A DNA stretch of 64,000 nucleotides, taken from the NCBI GenBank assembly GCA_965223265.1, contig OZ244999.1, positions 7,872,001-7,936,000 of the forward strand, read 5' to 3'. The position numbers were made by a program, and so were the translations under genes. Under the pieces are notes generated by a model. It was not told the origin of the DNA. It was given only the letters and a program-made list of their open reading frames with translations, and did not search any database. Source of the stretch: Planctomycetota bacterium. Its GTDB lineage: Bacteria > Planctomycetota > UBA8108 > SXIK01. The stretch's first letter is position 1; every line of letters begins with the position of its first letter. This document shows positions 10,601-22,400 of this stretch, in pieces.

Positions 10601-11708
10601 GCCGCTTCGACTCGTCGAAGGCGGCAAGGCGCATTGGGATCGCGTCCGCTCGCGCCTTCAGGGTGGAGCGTATCCGTCGCGCGCCGTCGGCGACAACTTG
10701 GCAGATTTGCACGCGGCGGTCGCTGCGAGCCATCGCGGCAGCGCGGCGCTCGAGGCTCTGGCCCGGACGTACGGCGTCGACTCTGTGACGCACTATATGG
10801 ATGCGCTCAAGGAAAACGCCGCGAAGCACGTGCAGCGCGCCATCGATGGACTCCTGAAAACGTCCTACGAAGCTGTGGAGCACCTCGACGACGGTGCTCG
10901 ACTCAAGGTGCGCATCGAACGACTTCGAGAAAGGACGTGCATCGATTTTTCCGGCACGTCGGCGACGCACGCCGGCAACCTCAACGCGACCCCGGCCATC
11001 GTCCAAAGTGCTGTTCTCTACGTCCTTCGACTGCTCGTGGACGAGCCGCTGCCGCTGAACGACGGACTCTTGCGCGCGGTGGAGATTCGCCTTCCGCAGG
11101 GGACGCTTCTCAGTCCGAGCTTTCCAGCCGACGACGCTGCGGCCCCGGCCGTGGTCGGCGGCAACGTCGAGACCAGCCAACGTTTGGTCGACACACTTCT
11201 GAAGGCGTTCGGCCGCTGGGCGTGCAGTCAAGGGACGATGAACAACGTCCTCTTCGGCGCGGCAAACTTCGGCTACTACGAAACTGTGTGCGGCGGCAGC
11301 GGGGCGGGAGAAGGCTTCCACGGCGCCAGCGCCGTACACACCCACATGACGAACACGCGCATGACGGATGCCGAGGTGATCGAGCATCGCTATCCGGTGC
11401 GCGTCGAGCGCTTCGCGGTGCGGCGTGGCTCGGGGGGCCAAGGTCGCTGGCGTGGTGGCGACGGTGCGCTGCGCGAGCTGGTTTTTCTGGCGCCGATGGC
11501 ACTGTCGATTCTGAGTCAGCACCGCACGCAAGGCCCGTACGGCATGGCCGGCGGCGAGGCGGGCACGCCAGGCCGGCAGCGACTCGTCCGTGCGGATGGC
11601 AGCGTCGAGAAACTGACGTCCGTCGACGGACGCGAGGTTTTCCCGGGCGACCGGCTGATCCTCGAGACGCCGGGGGGCGGTGGTTATGGGAGCAGGGAAA
11701 CCGAGTAA
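7653..11708 (+). CDS. Fused hydantoinase A/B, ATP-dependent 5-oxoprolinase
   Basis: [73 protein letters not shown]. Confidence 0.93.
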   Translation: MALNPPTLHRIWHAAIDTGGTFTDCIAIDPHGRLHRVKVLSSSAVRGVIERHLASTALQIHPDAIFATASSAREQRSDGVVGLGFQALGLEHPPVTVESFDAASGRLTLSDAIAELPAGATFELVSPEEAPLLALRLATGTALDRELPPCALRVATTRGTNTLLERRGAKVALFVTRGFADLLEIGTQQRPDLFALDIEKRRSLAATVIEVDERVAADGEVIETLAADQLTPRLSDLVAGGYDSAAIAFLNSYRAPEHELQLARMLESAGFRHVSASARLAPSIKILPRAETSVVNAYLGEVVSTYLNGIGKAVDRDRLHVMTSAGGLVKASEYEPKDSLLSGPAGGVAGAASVGSVSGFDRVISFDMGGTSTDVARYDGEFEYVFEHRVGDAHLMAPALAIESVAAGGGSICRCEHGRLHVGPESARADPGPACYGRGGPLTITDVNLLSGRLDPARFRIPVDVGAAKHALAGVRETLARQTGESPTDETLLDGFLDIANERMADAIRAVSLGRGYDPADYALVAFGGAGGQHACAIASRLAITHIVVPADAGLLSASGILSAAIERFAERTVLEALDQVDERLATLLRELESEAFRAIAAEGSDARKARVRRRIAHLRFLGQDEALAVELGAEVAPPREKQAEAEAEGEADAKSDTDAGSSPEQGSRGDSERSSHRVEGGRSSSGAGLRAEFLRAYKQRFGHLPEQLEIELVSLRVVVATDASAQVSAAPPRESNANAPTESPKPQARVRARCDRSWQGIGVFERQPLAPGTVLRGPCLVVDDFSTTLIEAAWSARVDAHGSLLLTRPTDCAQQALGATTFESTSEAVLLELFTNRFAAIAEEMGEMLRRTSLSTNVKERLDYSCAVLDADGELVVNAPHIPVHLGALGLCVRTLRDHLEMRPGDIVVTNHPAYGGSHLPDITVVAPVYAPSSQAGSPEREDHVLVGYVASRAHHAEIGGIRPGSMPPDATRLQEEGVVIPPLRLVEGGKAHWDRVRSRLQGGAYPSRAVGDNLADLHAAVAASHRGSAALEALARTYGVDSVTHYMDALKENAAKHVQRAIDGLLKTSYEAVEHLDDGARLKVRIERLRERTCIDFSGTSATHAGNLNATPAIVQSAVLYVLRLLVDEPLPLNDGLLRAVEIRLPQGTLLSPSFPADDAAAPAVVGGNVETSQRLVDTLLKAFGRWACSQGTMNNVLFGAANFGYYETVCGGSGAGEGFHGASAVHTHMTNTRMTDAEVIEHRYPVRVERFAVRRGSGGQGRWRGGDGALRELVFLAPMALSILSQHRTQGPYGMAGGEAGTPGRQRLVRADGSVEKLTSVDGREVFPGDRLILETPGGGGYGSRETE

Positions 11709-11712
11709 ACCC

Positions 11713-12459
11713 TCAAGTCGATGTCACAGAATGGCCGCCGAATTCGCCGCGCCGCCGTGTCCGACGCCGTGCCCATGGCCAGGTCATGAGCGCCCACACG
11801 ATCGTCACGATCGCGATTTCCGACAGTAGGTAGAACGGCCACTCCCCGAGGCGGTCGAGCAGGGTCCCAGGCGGCTTGGCACTAACGTACAAGTAGTTGG
11901 TCTTGAAGCAGGCGTTGAACCCCAGCATGATCACGCCCCAGCCGAACGTAACTGCGAGTGCTAGCCCGTAGTGCGACCAGCGCGGTCGATGGCCGAGCCC
12001 CCAGGTGAGATAGATCGTCGCGAGAACTACAAGCACGTGCGAAAACCAAAACATGAGGAACTGCACGTGCGGAAAGTCGAAGTCAAGAACCGGCGTCACC
12101 AGCGCCTGGGACGTGAGCGTCAGGCCCCAGTAGTAAAGAAGACCGCAGGCCCACGGACGCTGCGTCCACAGGGCATAGACAGCAAGCATCCAGGCCAGGT
12201 CGCAGAGTTGAAACGGCAGCGAACTCCCGACGTCCCAATGCTGGGGCAGCATGGAATAGACCTGGAGCGCCAGCTGCACGACGAGCAGCAGCGCGCCAAC
12301 GCTCGCACAGGTACGCCGGGCGCTCGACCCCTGGCGCTGGCGACGTCCGATGAGCACAGCGGCAACTGCGAGCAAGGCAAAGATCGCGAGCACCCAAGTG
12401 TGGCTCGGTCCGTAACGCTGAAACGGAGTTTCGCGCAGAAAGAAAGCGGCTCTTTCCAT
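11713..12459 (-). CDS. YwaF / TIGR02206-type integral membrane protein
   Basis: LPFQLCD, ALVTP, FWFSH, TNYLY..KP, LGEWPFY motifs; multiple TM segments. Confidence 0.85.
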   Translation of the reverse strand: MERAAFFLRETPFQRYGPSHTWVLAIFALLAVAAVLIGRRQRQGSSARRTCASVGALLLVVQLALQVYSMLPQHWDVGSSLPFQLCDLAWMLAVYALWTQRPWACGLLYYWGLTLTSQALVTPVLDFDFPHVQFLMFWFSHVLVVLATIYLTWGLGHRPRWSHYGLALAVTFGWGVIMLGFNACFKTNYLYVSAKPPGTLLDRLGEWPFYLLSEIAIVTIVWALMTWPWARRRTRRRGEFGGHSVTST

Positions 12460-12490
12460 GGCAACAACGTGCGCTTCTTCGCTAGCCTAG

Positions 12491-12649
12491 CAGCCTGTTG
12501 AAAAAGTGCTTCGAGTCGAAAACTGGTCTCGTCGCGTCCAGATCGGGCGTGGCAAGCGCAGGTAATCTCCGAGATTTTCGAGTATTGACGCGGTCGAGCT
12601 GGGCGTGAAGAGGCCAGTTTCTCGGCCGAATGACTCTTTCAACGGGCTG
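12491..12649. mobile_element. MITE-like element, family A copy 1 (IS5/IS1182-like ends)
   Basis: Ends cagcctgttgaaaaag and ctctttcaacgggctg (14/16 inverted match, imperfect pairing extends about 40 bp); CTAG on both flanks (12487-12490, 12650-12653). Confidence 0.8.
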
Positions 12650-13005
12650 CTAGGCCCGGCGACGATCTCACCCTCCTGGGTCGCGGCTGCTTCGGTTCGG
12701 CGCGTTGCGCTGCTCGAGAACTCTCTCACCGCTGATCAAAAGCCGCAGCACACTCGAGTCGCGATCAAGCCACAACCCGGCTGCGAGCGCAACGAAAACG
12801 GGCTCGAGACGCGGAGGCGTGCGTCCAGACACGCGGGTCCCCCACATGCGCCGTCCGTCGTCGGCGCACGCTTCCAACCTTTGGAAGGCGCCAGGCGGCT
12901 AGCTCTCTTTCTCTCCCCACGAGCCAATGGCGGAACGACCTTTCGGTTGCCTTCCCGGCCGCACGCGCCCTTTCACGATCGGCCTCGGCGTCGAGTTCGG
13001 TTAAG

Positions 13006-15648
13006 ATGCCGACGGTGAGAATCATGTTTTCAACCCGACCCTTGCTGCTACCGACCGCGCTCCTTGCGCTCCTCGCAGGCGCGGTCTCTGCGAGCCCATC
13101 CGACGCAGACGTTCGCGTTCAGATCCTCGAAGGCATTGACCGCGAGGAGCCGTGGAAGGCGCTGGACGGTGATACGCCGGACGAATTTCGCATCCCAGCG
13201 TTCGCCCTCACCGGTGTGCCGCGGACGTACTCGGCTCAAGGGCTCATCGTCGACCGAAGCAATCCGTTTCGTTTGCGAGCCACCGCGCGCCTTGAGCTCC
13301 CAAGCGGCAAACAGAAGCTTCTTCTCCGGTCACTGAACGCGGCGCGGCTCTTCCTCGACGGCGAGCTCATCGCCGAGACGCGCTTTCTGGTCGGCAATGC
13401 CGACGGCCATGAATCGGTCCCCGACATCCCCGACTCGGGGCGCGGAGTTCGCCCGCTGCCAGCGGGCCACACGGAAACTATCGTCGACCTCGAAGTTTCC
13501 CCGGGGTCGCACCTGCTGCGGCTCGAAGCGATCGTCGGCGGCAAACGACTGCGCACCGAAATCGGTGAACTGGTCGTCGCGGTGGCACCGGCCGACGCGG
13601 AAGCGAGTCCCTTTCGCGTCGTCAGTCCGAGCGCTCCGTTTGAACTCAGCGACGCCTCTTGGCACTCCTACCAGCTCAACTTGCGAGCTCTGCTCGACGA
13701 CGAAAACGCCACAGCCAGACGCCGCGCCGGGCGGGCGCAGGAAGAGTCCTGGCGCGAGCGCGCTGCGGCCGCACGTCGATATGTCGATGCCCTGCCGCCA
13801 CTCGACATCCCGCACCTGCCGGCTGGCACACCGGCCCACAACGCGATCGACCGCTTTGTTGGTCAACGTCTCGTCGAGGCCGGCGTCGAGCCGCTACCGC
13901 TCACCGACGACTGGAGCTTCTTGCGCCGTCTCAGTCTCGACGTCAGAGGCACGGTGCCGCAGCTCAGCGAAATCGAGTCGTTCGTGCGGGACGTTGAGAC
14001 CCAGGCCGATCGTCCCGAAGCTCGCGCGCGCTGGATCGATCGCCTGATCGAAGATCCCGCCTGGGCGGATCACTGGGTGAGCTACTGGCAGGACGTCCTG
14101 GCGGAAAACCCAGGCATCTTGAAACCAAAGCTGAACAACACCGGACCCTTTCGCTGGTGGATCCACGACGCCTTCCTTGACAACAAGCCGATCGACCGAT
14201 TCGCCACCGAGCTGATCCTCATGCAAGGAAGCGTCTACGGCGGTGGGCCCGCGGGCTTTGCGATGTCGACGCAGAACGATGTTCCGATGGCGGCAAAGGC
14301 GCACGTTCTCTCAACGGCGTTCCTTGGCATCGACCTCAAGTGTGCTCGCTGCCACGATCCGCCCTACCAGCGCTTCGAGCAAAAGGATCTCTTCGGCATG
14401 GCTGCCATGCTGCACGGCGAAGCCCTCACGGTGCCGGCGACGAGTAGTGTGCCGCGCAGTCCCGAAGAGCTGGAGCGCATGGTCGTATCGGTAACGCTCG
14501 AGCCAGGGTCGGCTGTAGAGCCCACGTGGCCTTTCGGACATCTGACGGTGACGGATCATCTTGAGCGGGCAGTCGACGTACCACGCGAGGAAGCGTCCGA
14601 AGCCGTGTCGCACCGAAGCACCCGGGAGCAACTCGCTGCCCTCATCACGGCACCACAAAACGTCAGATTCGCGCGCGTCATAGCCAACCGCCTCTGGAAG
14701 CGGTTTATGGGCCGCGGTATCGTCGAACCGGCGGATGATTGGGAAAACGCCGCGGCGGTATCCCACCCGCAGCTCCTCGACTACCTGGGCCGCGAGCTGG
14801 TGCGCAGCGGCTACGACCTCAAGCACCTCGCGCGCCTGATTCTGAGCTCTCACACCTATCAGCGGCGAGGCCTTTCGAGCGACGCTCCAGCCGAGGTCGC
14901 GGCGCTCTTCGCCGGCCCGATCGGCCGCCGCATGAGCGCAGAGCAGCTCGTCGATTCGCTCTTCCATGCGGTCGGCAAACAATTCGACTGCGAGGAGCTC
15001 AATCTCGACGTCGACGCGCGCCGCCCGATCGAGAGCTTTCTCAATCTTGGCGTTCCACGGCGCGCCTGGGAATTTGCCAGCCTGTCGAATGAGAGAGATC
15101 GCCCGGCACTGTCGATGCCCGTGGCGCAGAGCATCGTTGACGTCCTCACGACGTTCGGGTGGCGCGACAGTCGCCAGGATCCGCTCACCGTGCGCGAGAA
15201 CATCGTCACGGTGCTGCAGCCGCTCCTGCTCGCCAATGGAATCGTCGCCAACCGGGTTGCGACGTTGTCAGAGGGCAGCGCGTTGACAGTGCTGGCTCTC
15301 GAAGAGCGGAGCGTTGACGAGCTCGTCCGCTGCGTCTTTCTGTCAATCCTGTCGCGGCCGCCGAGCGGCGACGAGGCTGAAGTCTTTGGACGCCTCCTCG
15401 GGCCCGGATTTGACGCGCGCCGCCGTGCACCATCATCGGTGTCGACGACAGCCACCGCCGACAAGCATCACGCCGTCTCCTGGTCGAATCATCTCTCAGC
15501 GGAGGCGACTCGAATCAAGATCGCGCTCGAGGAGCGCGCACGACACGGCGACACCCCAACCCCGCGTCTGGAACCAGAGTGGCGGGAACGCATGGAGGAC
15601 ATGGTGTGGGCACTCCTCAATTCTCCAGAGTTTCTCTTGCTGCCGTAA
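13006..15648 (+). CDS. DUF1549/DUF1553 planctomycete protein with N-terminal PA14-like domain and one CxxCH
   Basis: Signal peptide, NAIDRFV, FLRRLSLD.RG, CARCHD, ANRLWKRFMGRGIVEP, WALLNSPEF. Start may be the ATG at 13024. Confidence 0.9.
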   Translation: MPTVRIMFSTRPLLLPTALLALLAGAVSASPSDADVRVQILEGIDREEPWKALDGDTPDEFRIPAFALTGVPRTYSAQGLIVDRSNPFRLRATARLELPSGKQKLLLRSLNAARLFLDGELIAETRFLVGNADGHESVPDIPDSGRGVRPLPAGHTETIVDLEVSPGSHLLRLEAIVGGKRLRTEIGELVVAVAPADAEASPFRVVSPSAPFELSDASWHSYQLNLRALLDDENATARRRAGRAQEESWRERAAAARRYVDALPPLDIPHLPAGTPAHNAIDRFVGQRLVEAGVEPLPLTDDWSFLRRLSLDVRGTVPQLSEIESFVRDVETQADRPEARARWIDRLIEDPAWADHWVSYWQDVLAENPGILKPKLNNTGPFRWWIHDAFLDNKPIDRFATELILMQGSVYGGGPAGFAMSTQNDVPMAAKAHVLSTAFLGIDLKCARCHDPPYQRFEQKDLFGMAAMLHGEALTVPATSSVPRSPEELERMVVSVTLEPGSAVEPTWPFGHLTVTDHLERAVDVPREEASEAVSHRSTREQLAALITAPQNVRFARVIANRLWKRFMGRGIVEPADDWENAAAVSHPQLLDYLGRELVRSGYDLKHLARLILSSHTYQRRGLSSDAPAEVAALFAGPIGRRMSAEQLVDSLFHAVGKQFDCEELNLDVDARRPIESFLNLGVPRRAWEFASLSNERDRPALSMPVAQSIVDVLTTFGWRDSRQDPLTVRENIVTVLQPLLLANGIVANRVATLSEGSALTVLALEERSVDELVRCVFLSILSRPPSGDEAEVFGRLLGPGFDARRRAPSSVSTTATADKHHAVSWSNHLSAEATRIKIALEERARHGDTPTPRLEPEWRERMEDMVWALLNSPEFLLLP

Positions 15649-15747
15649 GCTTCGAGTACGCTGGTCGGAATGATATGCATGAACACGCACGAACGTTTCG
15701 CAGGGTAGCAAAGTCCACAGCCCTCTGATCGAAGTGGATTCGACGCG

Positions 15748-17160
15748 ATGAAACGGAAAGACTCACCACCGGCCCCACGAGGGATCTCGACGCACGGCGT
15801 CGCTGGCTCGACAAGAGCAACGGCACCACCCGCGAAGAGCTCCGATGCGACCACGTCACGGCGCACGTTTCTCTCGTCGACGACGGCGGCAGCTGTAGCC
15901 GCGGCATCCCTCGCTCAGCCCGCGCAAACACGCGCCGCTCGTGAGCAAGGGGACGCTCGCCATGTACGAGGAACGGCAGAACATTGCATCTTCCTCTGGC
16001 TGGGCGGCGGCGCTGCGCAGGTCGACACCTGGGATCCGAAGCGACGCGGCGATCCGGTCAAGCGCATCGCCGGTTCGCACTACCCATCCGTGCCGACAGC
16101 GATTCGCGATGCACGCGTCTGCGCGCATTTAAGTCGTAGCGCCCCGCTGCTCGATCGCGCCGTGCTCGTGCGCAGCGTCCACCACGACGTCATCGACGAA
16201 CACGCCGCAGCGGTTAACCGCATGCACACCGGTAGGCCGACGAGCGGCACGATCGTCTATCCGTCGATCGGCTCGATCACCGCGCACGAACTCGGCAAGG
16301 CCGCTGAAGGGATTCCGCCCTACGTCGTCATGGGCTATCCCAACCTCACCCGCGGTCCAGGCTTCCTGGGGCCGCGAGCCGGCTATGTCTACTTGACCAG
16401 CACGGACTCCGGCCCGGCCGCGCTCACCCGGCCGCCTTTCGTCACGGCGGCGCGCCAGGAGCGTCGATCGCAGCTTCTCGAACAGCTGACGCGTGGTTAC
16501 GTCGAACGCCAGCGCGATCGGGCGATGGCGCGGGAGTACGTCGAGGTCGCGCGCGAAGCCTTTCGACTCACCGGCCGCGACTTCATGAGCGCCTTCGAGC
16601 TCGCGAAAGAACCCGCATCGCTGCGCGAGTCCTACGGCTCGGAGTTCGGCCAGCGGTGCTTACTCGCGCGTCGTTTGATCGAGCGAGGCGTACGCTTCAT
16701 CGAGGTCGCCCACAACTTGAACTTCATCAACGGCACCGGGTGGGATACTCACAATGAGGGACAGGAGAAGCAGCACATTCTGATCGAGGAGCTCGACAGA
16801 GCTTTTTCCACCCTTCTCGTCGACCTCGAAGCGCATCGCCTGCTCGAAAAGACGTTGATCGTCATTTCGACGGAGTTCGGGCGACCACCGGAGTACGACA
16901 AGCGCGGTGGACGCGGCCACTACTCGAAGGCGTTCAGCGTCGTGCTCGCTGGGGGAGGCCTGCGGACCGGGCGAGTGGTGGGGACAACGGGTGAGCTCGG
17001 AAAGGAAATTCTAGCACAGCCCGTCTCTGTGCCCGATCTCTTCGCGACGATCTTCGCCGCCCTCCGCATCGACCCGAGCAAAGCGCTTTACGCGGGCGAG
17101 CGACCGGTGCCGATCACCGACATGGGAACGCCGGTGGCTGAGCTCTTCGCGCCCGTCTAA
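15748..17160 (+). CDS. DUF1501 family protein, Tat signal
   Basis: SRRTFL, GGAAQVDTWDPK, FGQRCLLARRLIERGVRF, GWDTH, TEFGRPP, GRGH; directly follows a DUF1553 gene. Confidence 0.92.
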   Translation: MKRKDSPPAPRGISTHGVAGSTRATAPPAKSSDATTSRRTFLSSTTAAAVAAASLAQPAQTRAAREQGDARHVRGTAEHCIFLWLGGGAAQVDTWDPKRRGDPVKRIAGSHYPSVPTAIRDARVCAHLSRSAPLLDRAVLVRSVHHDVIDEHAAAVNRMHTGRPTSGTIVYPSIGSITAHELGKAAEGIPPYVVMGYPNLTRGPGFLGPRAGYVYLTSTDSGPAALTRPPFVTAARQERRSQLLEQLTRGYVERQRDRAMAREYVEVAREAFRLTGRDFMSAFELAKEPASLRESYGSEFGQRCLLARRLIERGVRFIEVAHNLNFINGTGWDTHNEGQEKQHILIEELDRAFSTLLVDLEAHRLLEKTLIVISTEFGRPPEYDKRGGRGHYSKAFSVVLAGGGLRTGRVVGTTGELGKEILAQPVSVPDLFATIFAALRIDPSKALYAGERPVPITDMGTPVAELFAPV

Positions 17161-17213
17161 CGAGGTCACTCTCAGCGCGCACGCACTTCAGCCGTGTCGA
17201 CGCCGCACGCGTT

Positions 17214-19442
17214 TCAGTGCGCCTCAGCGCTCAGCGCCGATTGCAGTCCCTCGACGCCGCCCGCGCCGACCGGCACCGTCACGGTTGAACCCGAAAAGTC
17301 GTCGCCGATCGACTCCTGCCGGCCGCCCAGGTGCTGCGCCAGGAAACCCTCGACAATGGCGAAAAATGAGAGCCGATTCTCCGGTCGCGCGAAGCCGTGA
17401 CCCTCGTCTGGGTAAAGCACGTACGTCACCGGAATCCCCTTCGCTTCCATGGCGGTGACGATCTGGTCAGACTCGGACTGTTTGACACGCGGGTCATTGG
17501 CACCCTGACCGATGAGGAGCGGCCGCTGGATGCGATCGACGTGCGTCAACGGCGAGCGCTCCGCCAGGAACGCACGTCCCTCGTCGGTGCGATGGTCGCC
17601 GACGCGCGTCGTCATCATTTCGATCATCGGTTGCCAGTAGGGCGGAATCGTCTCGAGAAGCGTCATCAGGTTCGACGGCCCGACGATGTCGACGCCGCAC
17701 GCGAAGCGCTCCGGCGTGAACGTCAGCCCGACCAGCGTCGCGTAGCCGCCGTAGCTGCCGCCCATGATGGCGATCTTGTCAGTGTCGGCGATGCCTTCGT
17801 TCACCGCCCAGTCACAGGCGTCGAGCAAATCGTCGTGCATGGCGCCGGCCCACTCGCGGTTGGCGGCGTTGACGAACTCCTTCCCGAATCCCGTTGAGCC
17901 GCGATAGTTGACACTCAGCGCCGCATAGCCGCGGTTGGCGAGCCACTGGTGCGTCGCATCGTAACCCCAGGTGTCGCGCGCCCAGGGTCCACCGTGAACG
18001 AGAAGCACCATTGGCAACGGGCGATCTGGTTTGCCGTTGCCGTCCGGGTCACTCGCGACGGGCAGCGTCAGGTAACTCACCAGCTTCTGACCGTCGCGTG
18101 CCGTCAAAACGCGCGCGTGCTGCTGCGCGAGCGGCAGACCTTCGAGGTCGCTGCGATTCGTGAAGAGAAACGTCGCCTGTCGCTGCTTGCGATCGTAGAG
18201 CGAGTAGCGCACGGGCCCATCGGCCTTGTGGTGGACGACAATCCACAGGCTGTCGTCGAGCGTCCGGCTGACGACTTCGACTTCCCCGTCGGCCAATTTC
18301 TCGAGATAGTTCAGATCGGCCGCGATCGCGTCGTCAATCACCGTCCACTGGACTCGGTCGTAGTTGACCGCGACCGCCTGCACGTGCTTCTCCGTCGGAT
18401 GAACCATGGCGCGAGAAACATCCGCTCGCTCGTCCTCCAGAATCAGCGCCGACTCCGATTCTTCAAGATTACGCAGAAACAACGCACCCGTGTTACGGCC
18501 GCGGCTGTCGAGCAGATAGAGCTGGGTGCCGCTCTTGTCGAAACCGACAATATTGGTGGTGAGCGCGTCTTCCATGGCCACGTCTAGAAACGGCGCCCAG
18601 CCGTCTGCCGTGCGCTCCAAATACTCCTGACCACCGCTCGCATTCATGCGCGAGGCGAAGCGCAGGTTGTAGTCGTCGTCAGTGACGAAACCAGAAAAGC
18701 CGTCGTTTTGCATCACCAACTCGCGCTCGCCGCTGGTGATGTCAATGCGATGCAGATCATGAAACTGCTCGTCACGATCATTGAGCTCGACGAGGATTTC
18801 ACTCGGAAACTGTTCGCTGACGTTTTCGACACGCGCCGCGACCTTTTCAAACGGCGTCAAATCGCGGCGCTCCCCGCTGTCAAGGTCGACACTGTAGATA
18901 TGCCAGTTTTCGTCGCCGTCCGCATCCTGCTGATAAAGGATATGGCGGTTTGTGTAGGCCCAAAAGTACTCGCGGATGCCCCGCTTCTTGTCGTCCGTCA
19001 CCGGCCGCGCGCCAGCGACATCGGACGTCAAGCCAACCCAAACGTTCAGGACGCCGTCCAGCGGCGCGAGGAAGGCCAGATGGCGCCCGTCAGGACTGAG
19101 GCGCGCCGCTGCCTTGTCGGGGTTGCCGAAAAGGATCTGGCGCGGGATGAGCTGAGTTTCTTCGCGCTTTGCGGACACGTTTTTCCCCTCCTGCTGCTCG
19201 TTGGATCTCGCCTTCGTGATGGAGTGCGCACAACCACACGCGGCCGATAACAGGCACGCGGCCGTCGTCGCGACGACTCGATAGCGGGATCTTCGACAAG
19301 GTTGGCGTAGAACCTTGAGCCGCGCCTTGCGGGCTACCGCGACGGCCCCGCGGCCGCGACGCGTCTGGCGTGCGAATCCGCACGCGCCGCGCGACTCCTC
19401 ACCGCACCGCCGGCCAGAGCTCGTACCACGGTGCTCAACCAC
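17214..19442 (-). CDS. S9 family (prolyl oligopeptidase / acylaminoacyl) peptidase
   Basis: VHGGPW, GGSYGG nucleophile, NDPRV, EGHGF triad, N-terminal propeller. True start is probably downstream of 19442; possible lipobox LLSAAC. Confidence 0.92.
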   Translation of the reverse strand: MVEHRGTSSGRRCGEESRGACGFARQTRRGRGAVAVARKARLKVLRQPCRRSRYRVVATTAACLLSAACGCAHSITKARSNEQQEGKNVSAKREETQLIPRQILFGNPDKAAARLSPDGRHLAFLAPLDGVLNVWVGLTSDVAGARPVTDDKKRGIREYFWAYTNRHILYQQDADGDENWHIYSVDLDSGERRDLTPFEKVAARVENVSEQFPSEILVELNDRDEQFHDLHRIDITSGERELVMQNDGFSGFVTDDDYNLRFASRMNASGGQEYLERTADGWAPFLDVAMEDALTTNIVGFDKSGTQLYLLDSRGRNTGALFLRNLEESESALILEDERADVSRAMVHPTEKHVQAVAVNYDRVQWTVIDDAIAADLNYLEKLADGEVEVVSRTLDDSLWIVVHHKADGPVRYSLYDRKQRQATFLFTNRSDLEGLPLAQQHARVLTARDGQKLVSYLTLPVASDPDGNGKPDRPLPMVLLVHGGPWARDTWGYDATHQWLANRGYAALSVNYRGSTGFGKEFVNAANREWAGAMHDDLLDACDWAVNEGIADTDKIAIMGGSYGGYATLVGLTFTPERFACGVDIVGPSNLMTLLETIPPYWQPMIEMMTTRVGDHRTDEGRAFLAERSPLTHVDRIQRPLLIGQGANDPRVKQSESDQIVTAMEAKGIPVTYVLYPDEGHGFARPENRLSFFAIVEGFLAQHLGGRQESIGDDFSGSTVTVPVGAGGVEGLQSALSAEAH

Positions 19443-22400
19443 GGGTGATCACTTCGTCAAGGTTCAAGAGCACCCGTGCGATCGCGACCCAGGCTGCCCC
19501 GCGGGCTAAATTCTCCCCCTGAAGCTCTGCGTCCTGCCCCACGAGCGCCTGTGCGGCGCTTGGCGAGTCGCGATACCGACTCACGAGATCGTCGTAAAGA
19601 CGGAGCACTTCCGCCTGCTCCGCTGCCGTCGGCAAACGCGAAACGCAGCGTAGGAAGACCTGCCGACTCCTCGCAGTTGGCGACGCTTCGGCGGCGTCGC
19701 GAGTGAGAAGCAGCCCAAGCGCTTGACTGCACTCGAAAAAGACGGGGTCATTCAGCAGCGTGAGGGCCTGCAGCGGCGTGTTCGAGCTGCGACGACGCAC
19801 GCACGTGACGTTCGAGTCCGGCGCGTCAAAGGTCATCAACATCGGATAAGGTACGGTGCGCTGAAAGAAGATATAGAGGCCACGTCGAAAACGATCCTTG
19901 CCGTTCGATGTCGGCCAGCGCACCGAGTTGGCGTAACCGAGTTCCTTCACGCCTTCGGGTAGCTGCGGCCGCACACTTGGTCCGCCGAGGGCGCGATGCA
20001 AGAGTCCGCTCGACGTCAAGAAGACGTCGCGCACAGCCTCTGCTTCAAGTCGCACTCGATTCTGGCGCGCCAGCAGTTGGTTCTTCGAGTCAACCTCGAG
20101 CAGCTCCGGCCGGAGGTCCGACGCCTGACGGTAAGTGGCTGAGGTGACGATGAGCTTGATCATGCGCTTGAGGCTCCAGCCCTCACGGCGATAGCGCCGC
20201 GCCAACCAGTCCAAGAGCTTTGGATGGGTCGGCTTCTCGCCTCGGACGCCGAAGTCCTCCGGTGTGCCGACAATGCCAGCACCAAAGAGTCGCTGCCAAA
20301 TGCGGTTCGCTGCAACGCGCGCAGTGAGCGGATTCTGCGGATCCATCAGCCAGTCGACGAGGTCGATTCGATTCGGCACCTCACCGCGTGGCGCGAATTC
20401 CTGCAAAACTTCCGGAGTGGCGGGCTCCACCGTGACGCCGCGGTCGAGAAAGTTACCACGAATTAGGACATGGGTGTCGCGCCGCGGCTCGTGCTCCGCA
20501 ATCGTCTGCGCCTGCGTTGAGGGAGGCGGTGGAGCGGCGCGCTGCGACAGCTCGATCTGTCGGCGCAGCCGCACGAGCTCCGAATCGACACGCTGGTAGT
20601 AGTCGGCGATCCTTCTGACCTCTTCATCACTTCGCGCCGCAGCGGCCTTCGTCACGATCGACGCGACCTCAGGCGGTGGCGTTCGCCGCGCCGGCGACGC
20701 GGTGCTGAACCGCAGGCGAAAACGTCGGATCGTTCGCGACTCGCCAGCCTCCTGCTCGAGTCGCACTCGCAGCCGCGTGCCGCCTTCGAAGCCTACAGGC
20801 TCGCGGCTTTCGAACGAGATGAAGTGCGCCTCGTCGCTGCCCGCCGAAGGCTGCCAGCCGCTGCGACCATCTGCGTCGATCGCCAAACGCGGTGCATGCC
20901 CCTCCCGTTCGCTGCTCGCCGCGGCGGCGAGCAGCTCGACCGGCTGCGGGTCTTTCGATTCGTCCGCCAGTGGCGCCGCCTCGAGCGCGAACCGTGTTAG
21001 GGCGAAGCTTCCGTCCTTGCCTCGCCCTGCGCGAGCCTCGCCCACGCCGCCGGTTGCTCCTTCGGCAACCGCGGCTATGACGCCAGCGACGTCGACGCGC
21101 ACCGATCGGATGCCGGACGCGGGAGTGTCGAATTCGACGGTATAGGTCTCACCGCTCGGGCTCTCACCGCCGGCGACGATGAAACCATCAGCCTCGATCG
21201 AAAGCGTGCTCTCGCGGCGCGCCTTGGCACTCTTCGGCAGAGCAATCTGCCAATCGACGAATTCGCCTGTTCGCTCCCACTCCCGACGCCGTCTTTCGAT
21301 GGCCTCGCCGTCTACCTCCGCTCTTTCGAACGCTTCAACAAGTTCTGCGTGCGCCTTGTCGTGAACGTCTTTCGCCGCCAGGTAGGCCGCCTGCTCAGCC
21401 GGCAGTGGCGCGGAAATGTTCTCTTCCTTCACAGTATTGAAGAACGCGAACAAGCCGTAGTACTCCCGCTGGCTGAGCGGGTCGTACTTGTGCGAATGAC
21501 ACTGGGCACACCCGACCGTGAGGCCGAGCCAAACGCTCCCTGTGGTGTTGACGCGGTCGACCGTCGCCTTGATGCGAAATTCCTCTTGGTCGACGCCGCC
21601 CTCGGTGTTCGTGAGTGTGTTGCGATGAAACCCCGTCGCCACCCTCTGCTCGAGACTCGGTCTCGACAGCAAATCACCGGCGAGCTGCTCGAGCGTGAAC
21701 TGATCGAACGGAAGATCGGCAGCGAACGCATCGATCACCCAGTTGCGGTAGCGCCAGGCGTGCGGTCGCGGGCGGTCCTTCTCGTAGCCATCGCTATCGG
21801 CGTAACGCGCTAAGTCGAGCCAATGTCGACCCCACCGCTCGGCAAAGTGTGGCGACGCAAGCAATCGGTCGACCACGCGCTCGTACGCCCCAGGCTCTTC
21901 GTCCTCGAGATACGCGGTCACTTCTTCAGCTGCTGGAGGCAGACCCGCGAGATCGAGCCAGAGGCGACGCATGAGCGTCTCACGGCTTGCTGCCGCGGAC
22001 GGCGCCATGCCCTCCGCCTCGAGGCGGTGCAGAACGAAGCGGTCAATGGGATTCCGCACCCACGCTACATCTTCGACCGCCGGCGGCGCGGGGTCATCGA
22101 CCGGTTGAAACGCCCAGTGGTCGCTCTCGACTCCATGGTTCTCTGTGCCGCGCGGCCATTCAAACCCAGAATCGATCCAGGCGCGCAGCGCCTCGATTTC
22201 ACGGCGGGTCAAAGGATCCCCCTCAGGCGGCATCCGCTCTTCAGGGCTCTCGGACGTCACCCGTCGAAGGACGTCGCTTTCGGCGCTCTTGCCGGCAACG
22301 ATGACGACGCCGCTATCGCCGCCTTCGAGCGCCCGATTGCGACTGTCCAGACGCAGACCGCCCTCTTGCTTTTGCGCGCCGTGACAAGAAAAACAGCGCG

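Noticed and set aside
10250-11833. Long alternative-frame and antisense ORFs (for example 527 aa here, 7962-9392, 21823-22923, 53755-54726)
   Set aside because: Shadow ORFs of well-supported genes in GC-rich DNA; Arg/Ala-rich with no motifs.
17195-17703. 17-bp direct repeat tgtcgacgccgcacgcg (17195-17211 and 17687-17703)
   Set aside because: One copy encodes the conserved ACGVD segment of an intact peptidase; no mobile-element context, so likely chance.
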